Positions 1-12,436 of a stretch of 64,000 nucleotides of DNA are shown piece after piece. The stretch lies in NCBI GenBank assembly GCA_951406725.2, contig OX597815.1:27156001-27220000 (forward strand), written 5' to 3'. Position numbers and translations under genes: made by a program. The notes beneath the pieces are model-generated. The model saw only the letters and a program-made list of their open reading frames with translations. It was not told where the DNA came from and searched no databases. Source of the DNA: Octopus vulgaris. Taxonomy: Eukaryota. The stretch's first letter is position 1. The number at the start of each line of letters is the position of its first letter.

Positions 1-1736
1 TCATAACTAATGAGTTTTGTATTATCCAATAATTAATCAAAATAGTCAGAAGTAATTTTGGTATTTGCATGAATTATTGAAAGATGAGTTTTCAAGCTGG
101 ATTTCCTAAACATTAAGCACTCAACCATGAAATGTGAGTAGTATGTATACTGCTGTGAACAGGCGTGTGAAAATATAAGACAGCTTAGACAGTCAAAGGA
201 GCTGGTATAGTGATGAGGATGAATGGCTTTAATATTGTTAGTATATAAAAAAAAAGTTAAGACATTCATAATGTTGTTTCATCCAAAAACTGTAATTGGT
301 AAAATAACAATTATATTTAGTTTGAATTATAGCACTTTGAGAAGATGAAATATATTTGTCATTGTTAAAAATACTCTCTCTTGGTATCAGTTTTATTTTG
401 AGTAATATCTACTTCTAATAGGAAAGCATAACTATTTTACAAACAAAAATGACAAAGTACTAGCATCATACTCAACACTATATGGTCAGTTATTTTAGAG
501 TTGTTGTGTCACATAATCACTAAGCACAATTTCAATATGTACGGCATTGCTAGTTGAAGTTGTTTTATAAAATCTCTGAATGCAACTGAGAAAGCATTTC
601 ATAGAAACCAAGTAATAAGAATTTTATCTAAAAGGAGGAACAAAACACTATTGCTTTTCAAAATGGTTTAACTGCTGTGAAAAATAGTTCATACAAAGGT
701 GAAAATTTGCAGAACAAATCAACTTACAATAAAGATGCAAAATCAGAGGTAAATATATAAAAATATGTCTAATATGAAAATAATTTCTCATGGAGGTCTA
801 ATTCAAATTTTCAATTTCTGATTTAGTTGCTGTTAAAATTAAAAAAAAAAAAAAGCAAATTTCAAAAATTATGGTTTAAATGACTGGAGTAACAATTACT
901 GTTAAGCTGATGTTTTTACATATTTTTGTTAAAAGGAGAGAGTTTATGCAAATCTTTTAGGTTCTCTTAGGCCAGGGGATAAGTATACAAGGGCAATAAA
1001 GTTAATATTCTTTTTGAATATATTAGAGGTTGGGAATTGGAAGGTGAGTTGTGAGGGAGGACTGGAAAATGTTTAATCTGCAGTTTGGGAAGATAATGGC
1101 AGGGGAAGAGATGAGTGAGCGGGAGAGGCTGTACAGCAACTAATTCAGAAGAGTAGAAACCACTGCAATAGTAACAGAAGGAGGATTATGAGGATTCAGT
1201 GGGCAGGTGGTTAAGAAATGTTAGTGAGTGTAGGATTGTCTATCAGACAGACATTTTTTTTCTCAAGTGTAGTCAAGAAAGTCCATAGGTATGTACATGT
1301 GTGTTTTATGCTCTAGAAAGCATGTGCAGGATACTGTATCTGATGCAATCTATTTGGTGACAATATTCTCAATGTTTGAGCAGTTGAATAATTAATTGAA
1401 AAGAAATCCAGCAATAAAATTTCTCGTTAGAAGAAGCTAAGCTCTGCCCCTACGGTAAAACCATATATTAATCCTTAAAATAACCATATTAAAGAATAGA
1501 TTGAAACACTTGCACGATACTACAGCCAGTGAAACTATCTAACAGACAATGAAAACAGATTGAAGCTAAGAAATTATAAATAACTGTTCTAAGAACTCTC
1601 TTCGCTGATATTCTTTACCTATTTAATGAAACAGTGACCAAGAGATAAACTATTTCAATCATTTTGGATACAGAAACAATTCTATTAATTATTATTACAT
1701 GCAGACTTAGACACACAACAAACACTTAGACAAACA

Positions 1737-1884
1737 CTAGACAGGGGCAACAATGTTGGTTTTAGAAATCGACTGTTGCAAATTCATGCAAATTTCTCCA
1801 ACAGCTCTGTGTGAGACGAGCCTTTGAGTGAAAGGGCCAAACTCAAAGACCTCATGTTGAATCGACTTCAACCAACCGAAACAA
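1737..1884 (-). CDS. Possible BOD1L terminal exon 10 after a 71-nt intron
   Basis: AG|gtgagc donor at 1955 and gcttgtttcag acceptor at 1885 join in frame to SCFGWLKSIQHEV...APV-stop. Confidence 0.4.
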
Positions 1885-1951
1885 CTGAAACAAGCTTCAA
1901 ATAGTAGACATGTTACAGTAAAGCATACATACACTGACTACACCCAACAGC

Positions 1952-2312
1952 TCACCTCTGTTTTGTTTCCATGGATTCCAATGTAGACTTTTGTTTTTGG
2001 AGTTTGTTCTCGGCTGCTAGTAATTCTGCTTCATATTTTTTCTTCTCTGCTTCTACAGTCTGCTGCTCTTCTTGTGAAATATGGCTGCTGCTAAAAGAGT
2101 TGTCTCTCATTTTGGTTTTTTCGTGATGTGAACTTGCTCGAGGCACGGGCATTACAATACAATTTCTATTCTCCAAAGGAGACGAGGAAGGTGGAGTTGT
2201 GTGACGTCGCTTGGCAGAACTGCCTAGACTGCTAAGTGTGGTGCGATTTTTGTAACTGGTATCACCGCTGTAACGCTGAGCATTGTAATGCCGGTCAGTG
2301 TCCGGGTACCTT
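1952..2312 (-). CDS. BOD1L1: BOD1L coding exon 9 (to stop at 1952, or spliced at 1956)
   Basis: atttccag acceptor (NAGNAG), in frame with ORF 1952-2176; C-terminal coiled-coil-like segment; summed exons give 3684 nt, a multiple of 3. Confidence 0.78.
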
Positions 2313-4378
2313 CTGGAAATACATGAAGTCTACCATAACAGAAGTAACTAAACATGTAAGTGTTCTGTAGGAGTGTTTCATGCTTAGCTTATTCAGACAG
2401 TGCCCGTCGAAAGGCAGAACTAGCAATAAAATCAATAGCAAGTTGTAGATATTACTCCTACCCTAAGATTACAAATAACTGGTAATACAGAACTACTAGT
2501 ATTAAAACATTAAAGACAACTAAATAAAGATCACTCAACTCCTTAACAATGAAAGAACTAAATGAACAACTTGTTCTTCAAATCCAGACTATGCACATCT
2601 GAACACAAACATTCCATAAGACCTTATGAAGGAAAATTGACCATTTATCAAATAATTTCCTTCCTCCAAGAATTTCAAACCAAAAGGAAGGCACTGATTT
2701 TCCAAATAAATATATAGTTTAGAGATGTATCACTAAAGAAATACAAACCTTCTTTGAGAAGTAACAAAAATGTAGAAAACAAAATAAAAACTATGGAAAG
2801 CAATTTTAAAATGATCAGTATTAACTTTTTTGCTTTGTTGAATGAAAAGCTCTCAGTTAAAAAACTAAGTTGGTTAGGAGAAACATAGATTTACATATTA
2901 TTAGGACAGTTTAATTAGTAGTGTTAGTTAGAGTTGATGAGATAGAGAAAATAATTTCAGTTTGGGAGTAAACATTAATAGCATAGGTAAATAGAATAAA
3001 AGTAATGGAAGAAAATTTGAAGAGGTTAATGGTGGTCAGTATGATAATAGTTAGAAAATGGTATGCTGATGTGATCCTGTCATGGTTTTGATTTACCAGT
3101 TGTAAACATATTAGTGAACCCTACAAATCTGACACTGTGCCTGCATAAAAAGAAAAATTAATATTGTCATAAAGAATTAATTGCTTAGGGCAATGCTCTT
3201 CATTAGAACAACTTCAAAACTTAGACTTTTTCTTTCCTCACAGTTCATATATATTCCCGCTTTTAATAGTTTTATAGTAAATTGTCATTTTATATCTGCA
3301 CATCCGAAATAACACATGAAACCACATCAAATATGCAAGCAACATTATTGAAATCCATAAATGTATTTAACTTCCAAATAAGCATTTATGACTGGTTTAC
3401 CTACTGATATAGTACTAAGAAGCATGAATTCATGAATGTCTTCATTGCCTCCTAGTAAACAATCAACTTTTGGTAATCAATAGCATCAAGTGAAATTTTC
3501 TGAAACTTCCCTTTCAAAGCTTACACCCCAATTAATGCAGTATGTAATTATTCCAGCTGCTCTGTTCTATAAAACAAATAAAAATATCTAAGGAGATAAA
3601 ATTTGATAACTAGAGCTATCAAACTATCAATGCTATTTGAAATAAGCAAATGTGTAGTATCCAAAAAAAACACCAAGTCTACTCTGTAAAGTGTTCGGCA
3701 TTAGGAAAGGCATCCAGCCATAGAAAACATACCAAAGCAAACAGTTGAACTAGGTGTAGTCTTCTGGCTTGCCAGCTCCTGTCAAATTATCCAACCCATG
3801 CCAGCAGAGAAAACAAACATTGAATGAAGATGATGATGATGGAACAACTGCAAGATTTTTTAATTCAAACAATTGAACTCCCATCTCATAACTGATGTCA
3901 TACTTGTAAGAAACCTTATTTAAAATGTTGTGTTATTAATGCTAGCAAATACTAGATTATATTTAGGGATTCTAAAACTAACAGATGTTCTTAGGACAGT
4001 TTAAAAAATTTTCTTTGTAATTTCCTGTTGTCCATTCTAGAACTAACCATCATGTCTAAATAGGATTTAAGTGAGGAAAATACAATGCCTCTTTATCACA
4101 GATAGCAAACACCATCAATAAGTAAGATCCTGATAAGATCTTGTCATGATTTTGATTGCCAGATGTAAACATAGTCACTAATAAGCTCCAAAAACCAGAG
4201 ATTTTGAGCCCATATAATAAGTTTATATTGTCATAAACAATTAAACTATCACACATTCAATGCAACTGGACTTATTTTACATGCAAAACCCATAGTAAGA
4301 CTCCCAGTTTTATGAATATCTTGGTAAAAATCAAAGTTAAAAACAACTTGTATACTAGTAAATTAATAAAAAAATTAC

Positions 4379-4507
4379 CCAGAATCTGTTGGTGACAAGG
4401 TTCGGCGATGACTGATACGAGGTTTGTATAAATCCTCTATGTTGTAGCGCTGACCAGAACGGCTGCGATTATCAGCTGCTGACAGTTTAGGTAAGAGAGG
4501 AGGTGGC
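4379..4507 (-). CDS. BOD1L1: BOD1L coding exon 8
   Basis: ttctttcag|PPPLLPKLSAADNRSRSGQRYNIEDLYKPRISHRRTLSPTDS-GG|gtaatt; phase 2 to 2, open. Confidence 0.8.
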
Positions 4508-5378
4508 CTGAAAGAAGTACATAAAAAATTAAATCGAAAATAAATTATTAAACTGTGTCTACTAAAAGAAGGGATATTTTAATAATAAATTTTTTTGAGA
4601 AGACACAAAAGTTAATTCTTGATTTTTGTCACCTACAACCTTTTGCCCAGATCATCCAACCACTAACTTATCTGAGTACTGACCACATATCTTCATATAT
4701 ACAATGCATCTCTATCACTTCAAGTAAGCTGGTTGATCTGAGTTCAACCAGCTCTACACTATCTTTGACAGTGCATGTACCTTACTCTGACCTAAAAGAC
4801 ATGGCTAAGCAGATGACTACACATGTCTTTCCACTTCGTAGACAAACAAACAAGACATATAACCCCAAATCTTCCAAATGATTCCCTTGTAGCTGTACTA
4901 CAGTGGTTCAGAGTAAGAACACAGTTTACAATACTTGGTAAAAGAAATCACTTACTTATACAAATTGGATGGCTCTTACCCACTTAAAAGTTATCACTCA
5001 TAACAAAAGATGCCTTCATACAGCACATATCTTATAAGCTCTCTCCTACTTTCAAACAACAGCCAATAATTTTGATCCTTTGAAAAAAAAAGATCCTCTT
5101 TGTAGTAATATCTTACCCACTACTTTTCGATAATAATGACTCTATAAGAAGTACCCCAGTAGAAAAAAAGAGCTTTCCATTTGTTACTTATACTGTACCC
5201 AACTCTATGCACACGGTAAAATTCATCTAAACTCTTTCTCCACTTCACCAGACTCAATACTACCAACTCATATACACAAAGTGTAGAGGTTCTGTAATAA
5301 GTGGAGAAAAATTAGTTGAATATAATCTGTTGAGTAAGCATATTAACTTACAAGGAAGATAAAGTGAAAGTTAGTTAA

Positions 5379-5595
5379 TCCTTATGCATTTAAACCAGCC
5401 ATATCTGGCCCAAATATTCTAACTGTTTTATGTTCAAATCAGCCATATCCAGCTTCTCACACCTACCCTACAATGTCATTCTAAAAATATACAATCATAT
5501 CATCAAAGTCTCAAAGCCACAAGATAATGCATGATTACATCAAAACAATGTGAATAAACAAGCATTAACATTGGACAGAGAAATCTGAATGCTAA
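5379..5595. mobile_element. piggyBac-type MITE, degenerate
   Basis: Follows TTAA; internal sequence aligns by eye to the 52324-52542 copy; right end decayed. Confidence 0.6.
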
Positions 5596-5693
5596 GAACC
5601 AATGGCAATATACAATGCCAAGAATCAGTGACAATATACAATGCCAAGAACTAATGGCAAAATACAATGCCAAAAACCAATTGTAATATACAA
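5594..5693. repeat. 26-bp minisatellite, about 3.8 units
   Basis: Unit aagaaccaatggcaatatacaatgcc repeated with a few substitutions. Confidence 0.85.
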
Positions 5694-5813
5694 AAGAAAC
5701 AAAGTGTACAAGTTAAACCTAGCATGCCTCCTCCTTGTGGATGGTCTGATATGTGAAAACAGTGATGGCTTGTAAGCAGCTAGATTTGGGAGCTACAAAA
5801 AGGTGATAATAGA

Positions 5814-6333
5814 TTTGCGAATGATTCTCCTTTATGGCAGCGAGTCATGGCCAATGAGGGTGGAAGATATTAAGCGACTAGAATCCTTCGATCACCTCTG
5901 TCTACGCCGCATCCTTGGTGTCCGATGGCATCACTTTGTCTCCAACAATTCGGTGCGACACCAGTGCAAAATCACCTCCCTCCGACAAGTCATCCTAACG
6001 AGACGTCTGCGTCGGCTGGGTCATGCCCTCCGTCGTCAACCAGGAGAATTCATCTATGAAGCAATTGCCACAGCTCCCCTTCAGGGTTGGCGAAAGCAAT
6101 GTGGTGGACAATGGAAAACCTGGCTAATGACAGTCAAGGCTGATCTGGAACCCAACCTAGGCCCCCATATCTATGGCATTCGCCGCTGGAATAAGGAGTG
6201 GTTGGAGATTACGTGGTCGTTAGCCTCAAATCGCCAGGTCTGGTCGGCGTTTGTAAGAGATACAGCATTGAGGATGAATGAAGTCAGCTCAACCCAACCC
6301 GGGTGAATGCTGTCGCAAGACAAGACAAGAGAA
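5814..6333 (+). mobile_element. 5'-truncated RTE-clade LINE
   Basis: LLYGSESW...CLRRILGVRW...RRLRRLGHALR C-terminal RTE motifs, (CAAGA)n tail, 9-bp TSD gataataga at 5805 and 6334. Confidence 0.85.
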
Positions 6334-6722
6334 GATAATAGAATAGCTTTGATCATAGGGTTAGCTTTTGCTAATCTATAATTAAAAGCATTCCAAGTGT
6401 AACCATCCCATCCTTTTATGGAGCGGAGAATATCTTTGACTACATTATATAACGTAACCTTGCCATTTTTAAGATTAAGTAATCTTTGGGGTTTTTTTCT
6501 CTTTAATTAGTCAGAAGAGAAAGGACAGTGAACTCACTCTAACTAATGGCACCCAAGGATCAAGTATTAATGTTAAAATTACAATATGCTAGGCCTATGA
6601 GCTAAAATCATGTAACTGATGTGGTCGATAAAACTATTCTAATCTTCAGTGTGAATATCAAAAATCAACAATAGTCACTTGACACAAATCACAAAATAAA
6701 CGAACCAATTAAACCAACTTAC

Positions 6723-7533
6723 CGTGCTGCAGGTCCCAGATTATAATGACTATGGCTGCTAGGTTTTCTTTTACTACTGTAAGTATCCAACAAAGGAATC
6801 TTCTGAGATGGTTTCTCAATCTTTGCTATTTTTTCTTCCTTTTTCTTTAAAATAGGTTTCTTTTCTTTCGGTATTTCATCAATTAAATCTTCTTTAGAAG
6901 ATTCTGAAATATCACTGTAAGGACTAGTACATCGAGTTCCGGAAAAAGAAGATTCAGGGTTAGTGCTCTTGCTGTTAGCATTTGATGAAGTCTGTTGTTT
7001 TGAGGGGACACTCTCATCTAGTGGTCCCAGGCCAAGGGCAGCAGAATAGGCAGTTGTCCCACCCATTTCATAAATTGGTATTTTAGTTAGTTCAGAGACA
7101 AGTACCTCAGATGCAGGTGTATCATAGATATCAGGGTCATGTTCATCTTGTGTGGGAGTAGGAGGTGACTCTGGAAAACAATCATCCACTTCAACTGCTT
7201 GTGAGGTCCCAGTTTCATTCTCAGTTGACTCAAACTGGGTTACATTCTCACCAGGCAGCTGATCTGGAGAGCTTTCATCATTATCTTGATAACTTAAATT
7301 AGAAAATGACTGGCCTTTTTCAGTAAATATGGAGGTAAATTCCTCAGAAGTGTAGCGTCTATTTCGGGTGCGCCGCCGCCGAAGAGCAAGGCGCTTTTCC
7401 ATTACTTTCTGGCTACGTAGCTGTTCTTTCATTTCTTCCTTTGACTTCTTACGGGGTACAACAACAGCTTCCTTTTTCTCCTTGTCCTCAGATATAACAG
7501 TAATACTAGGTTCAACTTTTGATGGGGGTAAAG
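6723..7533 (-). CDS. BOD1L1: BOD1L coding exon 7 (alternative in-frame start at 7581)
   Basis: attgcag acceptor and CG|gtaagt donor; phase 1 to 2; contains KEQLRSQKVMEKRLALRRRR; overlaps ORF 6719-7432. Confidence 0.85.
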
Positions 7534-7974
7534 CTGCAATTATAGAATTATTTACTAAGTCAACGATATTCAGAGAGAAAGCTGGTTTGATAAAGTAAAA
7601 AAAAAATCAAGTTTCTTTGAAAGAGAAAAATCGTATAATTGCAGAGTACCTTAAAACTTATGGAACATTTGACCCCAAACATGTACACCAAATTAATGAT
7701 AAGACAATATTAAAGCATGCCATCACCACCACCATCATCCTTATTTCAACATCCTCTTCTATGCTTATGTGGGTTGGACAGAATTTGTTGAGACAGACAC
7801 TCTACAACCGGATGCCTTTCCTATTACCAATCCTCACCTGGTGATGTTTTCCCATTACTAGACATGTTTTCATGGAAGATAGGAAATGAAGGACACTGCC
7901 TGTATGACAGTGAAACTTGTTTACAACAATCACTTGACATCAAGGCAAGGAGACACCAGCCTACACATACACAC

Positions 7975-8367
7975 ATCATCATCATCATTTAACGTCCGTT
8001 TTCTGTGCTAGCATGAGTTGGACGTTTGACCGGGGTCTGGGAAAGCCAGGTGGCTGCACCAGGTACCAGTCAGATCTGGCAGTGTTTCTACAGCTGGATG
8101 CCCTTCCTAACACCAACCACTCTGTGAGTGTAGTGGGTGCTTTTTACAAGCCACCGGCACAGGTACCAGGGGAGGCTGGCAGCGGCCACGATCGGTTGGT
8201 GCTTTTTACGTGCCACCGGCACTGAAGCCAGTCAAGGCGGCAATGCCATCGGTCACGTTCAGATGGTGCTTTTTACGTGCCACCGGCACAGGTATCACAA
8301 CTACAATTTGCATTTGATATTTATTTTGATGATGATGTGGTTGACTCAATAAGTCTCCTCAAGCACA
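7975..8367 (-). mobile_element. RTE 3'-tail repeat (truncated LINE or tail-sharing SINE)
   Basis: Shares the ggagtggttggcgttaggaagggcatccagc...ggacgttaaa(tga)n end with the RTE at 41095-42530. Further copies near 3690-3840, 12240-12405, 16400-16797, 24100-24365, 39422-39750, 44280-44465, 47923-48750 and 58590-58800. Confidence 0.85.
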
Positions 8368-8989
8368 CATATATATATAATATATCATGTGATGGTTCTG
8401 TACAACAAACAGATTCATAATAAGTCAATTTAATATGAATTGATTAGTTGTATGATCACATTTATGGATGCTAAAGCACTTGCAGAACAGAAACACGTGT
8501 TGGTATCTTATATGCTGTAAAGGATAAAAACCCCCTTCATTCATGAATGACCATTGGATTGCACCTAGAAAGAGACACATGGCTTCAATTAAACAGAGCA
8601 TGCATTAGTTAGCATGTTAAACATGTTACATTTTATATACTTATTATCACTACACTTACAACTTACTGAAATTTTTCCTTGAAGAGGATACTTCATCACT
8701 CAACCACAAGACTACCTGATACTTATAGATTGTTTTGTCAGGTGGTACATAACAGAATTTGATCTTATAATCAGTGAATCAGTAGTCCAGTACATCAACT
8801 ACTTTAATTTAGGAATGCTGATGAAGTGACAAGTGTGTTGGTAAGTTCCAGAAGTAAGCTCTTTCTAGGTTTCTAGGTTCTTTCTAGGAGAGAGGATAAA
8901 ATTGCAAGACATTAAAAACAGAATCCAATGACTTCTCCCATAATATTGAAACAATTATTGAATGACTGTTAGAATAATTTTTCAACTAA

Positions 8990-9224
8990 GGCGGCAAGCT
9001 AGCAGAAACGTTAGCACGCCGGGCAAAATGCTTAGTGGTATGTCATCTGCCACTATGATCTGATTTCAAATTCCGCCGAGGTCGACTTTGCCTTTCATCT
9101 TTTTGGGGTCGATAAATTAATTACCAGTTGGACACTAGGGTCGATGTAATCGACTTAATCCCTTGTCTGTCCTTGTTTGTCCCCCTCTATGTTTAGCCCC
9201 TTGTGGGCAATAAAGAAATAAGAC
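8990..9224 (+). mobile_element. tRNA-related SINE family B, full length
   Basis: ggcggcaagctagcagaaacgttagc head, gcctttcatcttttggggtcgataaa central domain (resembles the Meta/MESC-type domain, from memory), 15-bp TSD. Other copies near 21545-21735, 22375-22555, 26205-26420, 28880-29100, 36780-36995 and 42838-42970. Confidence 0.85.
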
Positions 9225-9240
9225 TAATTTTTCAACTAAC

Positions 9241-9382
9241 CTGAATCTTCTTTCCGTTCATCAGAATCAACATTTGTCTTTGTGCACAGACGTTGTTTCT
9301 CTTCTTCTCGGTCTTTTCTTTTGGCTTCCAAACCAGCTCGTCTTTGCTGCCGACGAAGATAACGCTCTTCCTTTTCTTTAGC
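9241..9382 (-). CDS. BOD1L1: BOD1L coding exon 6
   Basis: tgttgaag|AKEKEERYLRRQQRRAGLEAKRK...G|gttagt; continues the YSDSDD..ERxxxIAKEKEER motif; phase 0 to 1. Confidence 0.88.
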
Positions 9383-9422
9383 CTTCAACAAAGAGAAAAC
9401 AGCAGATTGCGTCAGTCATATA

Positions 9423-9819
9423 TCTTTATATATAAAAGAGAGGTTGTGTGCTGTCTGTCTCCTACGATTTAGATTCCTAACTACTCCCACATTTTGCGGT
9501 GCAGTTTAACCAAAACTGGGTATCTTATAGTCGTGATTTATATCGAGCCCTTCTGGGTATTAGCACACGTCTACGATGAGTCTACGATTTAAAAAAAAAT
9601 TTACCATCAATTTTTCCCATTTTTAATGCATTTTTGGCATATATAAGGGAAGTAACTCTCTAAAAATTTATTATTAAATCTCAGAACGTAAAAAGCTACA
9701 GTAACACCTCCCCCTTTGTGGTTAGCCATATTGAGATGGTTATTATACTTTACATCTCTAAAAATGCTTATATAGTTATTTCCCTTACAAACCTGAGCAA
9801 TGCCGGGCGATACTGCTAG
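9423..9819 (+). mobile_element. Non-autonomous Helitron-like element
   Basis: A|TC...subterminal hairpin...CTAG|T, no TSD; second copy at 14064-14362. Confidence 0.8.
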
Positions 9820-10455
9820 TAATCAATAAATACAATAATAAAAGCGCTAACAAATTTACAACCAATATTACTTACATAATTGTTGACAAATGAAAACTGA
9901 ATATTTTTAAATTAGGAAATCCCGACCATAAAATCTGTGAATTTGTGGTTAAGATGCTCTCTTAGAAGTTTCAACAAAATTGCTGATATAAATAGAGTCA
10001 AACATTGTTGAAACAGTTAATATAGTTTATTCTAGTTTTAATTCACTGACAAGTTTTTGATAATTAAAAATATTATTTCAGAACTGAATAAAATCAACAA
10101 TTGATTTCACAGTTAAGTTTAGAGTATGCTATAACAATATGCAAAGTGACTGTGTGCAATTTAAGACTGGTGTTGTCAAGCTTAGAAAACTGCAGTCACA
10201 TTTTATTTCCAAAGGACATCAGACTTCTGTTCCTCACAGGGGAAATTTGACCTCTTTGAAGTGTTCAGCTAATCTATGATAGTTTGGGTTTTATCACATT
10301 TCACAAACTCTCTACTACAGATTCAGTCAGAATGCAACAGTTGCAACTCTTCAGCACTAATTTCTGGCGGCATCATAAGAGAGGCTAAATAAAGTTGTTG
10401 ATCAGCTAACAATAACAAACAAATGTTCCATCTTAAGAAGGAAGGAAAAATATAT

Positions 10456-10828
10456 TGCCGGTGGCACGTAAAAGCACCATCCGTTCGTGTCCGTTGCCAG
10501 CCTCGCCTGGCCCCCGTGCCGGTGGCACGTAAAAGCACCATCCGTTCGTGGCCGTTGCCAACCGCGCCTGGCCCCCGTGCCGGTGGCACATAAAAGCACC
10601 ATCCGTTCGTGGCCGTTTGCCAGCTCCGTCTGGCACTTGTGCGGGTGGCACGTAAAAAGCACCCACTACACTCACGGAGTGGTTGGCGTTAGGAAGGGCA
10701 TCCAGCCGTAGAAACACTGCCAGATCAGACTGGGCCTGATGCAGCCTTCTGGCTTCACAGACCCCAGTTGAACCGTCCAACCCATGCTAGCATGGAAAGC
10801 GGACGCTAAATGATGATGATGATGATGA
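10456..10828 (+). mobile_element. RTE 3'-tail repeat with 61-bp internal tandem units
   Basis: Three units of ccggtggcacgtaaaagcaccatccgttcgtg..., then the common tail and (GAT)n. Confidence 0.85.
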
Positions 10829-11103
10829 ATTCAATTTCAAAACAGAAGATTGGTAGAACAAGCAACAAAAACCGACACAAGTTCACTCCCAAAACAAAAA
10901 AGTCTACTTTCATTACAAAGGTAAACAGTAAAACATGATCAGTTGTAACCAAATTTGATTGAACAACTGTATTTATATGGCAGCACTAACACAGCACAAG
11001 AACTTACTACGATGGGGGGAAATTTAACATGACTATTCTTTAAGTAATCTGTAAAGTAGAATACATCCAGCAAAAATTAAACCTTTTAAAACCAAATACT
11101 TAC

Positions 11104-11270
11104 AATTCGTTCTTTACGTTCCTCTCGTGTTTCATCATCATCACTGTCAGAATAATTGTACGATAAAGAAATCAGTTTACGAGGTCTGGGAGGAATTTTA
11201 GCTTTCTTTGTCTCTTTGCATGGACTTGGCTCTGTTTTTTCAACAACTTTTTCAGCAACATCTTCCAAGT
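11104..11270 (-). CDS. BOD1L1: BOD1L coding exon 5
   Basis: tttttgtag|..YNYSDSDDDETREERKERI|gtaagt; phase 1 to 0. Confidence 0.88.
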
Positions 11271-12436
11271 CTACAAAAAAATATATATATTTATATTATG
11301 AATTAATTGCCAACAATTTTTACTATAAATATAGCTGAAATGTTTTAACATCTACTTTTCTACACTCTCATGGATCAGATGGAATTTGTTGAGGCAAATT
11401 TTCTACAGCTGAATGCACTTCCTATCACCAACTCTCAACTGTTTCCAAGTATGGTAATATTTCCCCAGACATGTTTCTACAGATGATCAAAAACAAAGGA
11501 GACTGTTTGCATGTTGATGACATTCATTTACTACATGCAAAGTCAAGGTAAGGAGATAATAACACATACATATACACACACGCACAATCACCACATACAC
11601 ACACATAGACGATGGGCTTCTTTCAGTTTCTGGTTTTTGGTTTCTGACCAGAGTTTAGTTAGCCAGGGACTATAGAAGACACTTACCTAAGGTACAACAT
11701 GGTGGGAGTGAACCCAAAAGCATATGGGTGGGAAGCAAACTGATTAATAATAGAGCTTAGGAAGATCAAGTATGGGTATAAAAGGTCTTCAAATTTTCAT
11801 AAAATGAAATACTATTTAACTCTTCTCATTTTTAAATCTAAACAACTTTTCATTCCTTTTAGGAGAGACACAGAGATTGATTCTCAAGTGCTGGACATAC
11901 AAACAAAAAAATGTAAAGAGTTATGTAGTATTTCATTTCATTTCTTGTTGGAAATTTGTAGACCTTTTGAACCAATGTGTAAATAAACTAAGAGGTGATA
12001 GCTGTATATTAATAAAATTAGAAATGATACTTTCTAGCCAACACTCACATGGAAAAACTGACCTAAAAGTGAACAAACAAATATATACATACATACATAT
12101 ACACACACACACACACGCACGCACACACACACACACACACACACACAACGGAGATGACTAAGGACTGAGATATCTGGTGCATTGCTGTACTCAAGAAGAT
12201 CCATCTGCCACAGCAGAATTGATACTGGTGTAACATTAAAAACACTCTGTGGAGTGGTTGGCATTAGGAAGGGCATCCAGCCAGAGAAACCTTGCCAAAA
12301 CAGACAATGGAGCCTAGTTGCAATCCCTGGCCATACCAGCTCCAGTCAAATCATCCAACCCATGCCAGCATGAAAAACGGACATTAAATAACGATGATGA
12401 TGATGATACAGTAGTTGTTAAGAAAAAAAATCTTAC

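Noticed and set aside
10456-10660. CRISPR-like repeat-spacer appearance
   Set aside because: Spacers are near-identical, the context is eukaryotic and no cas genes are present.
10323-10780. Recurrent ORFs such as SDLAVFLRLDALPNANHS
   Set aside because: Antisense readings of the non-coding RTE 3'-tail repeat.
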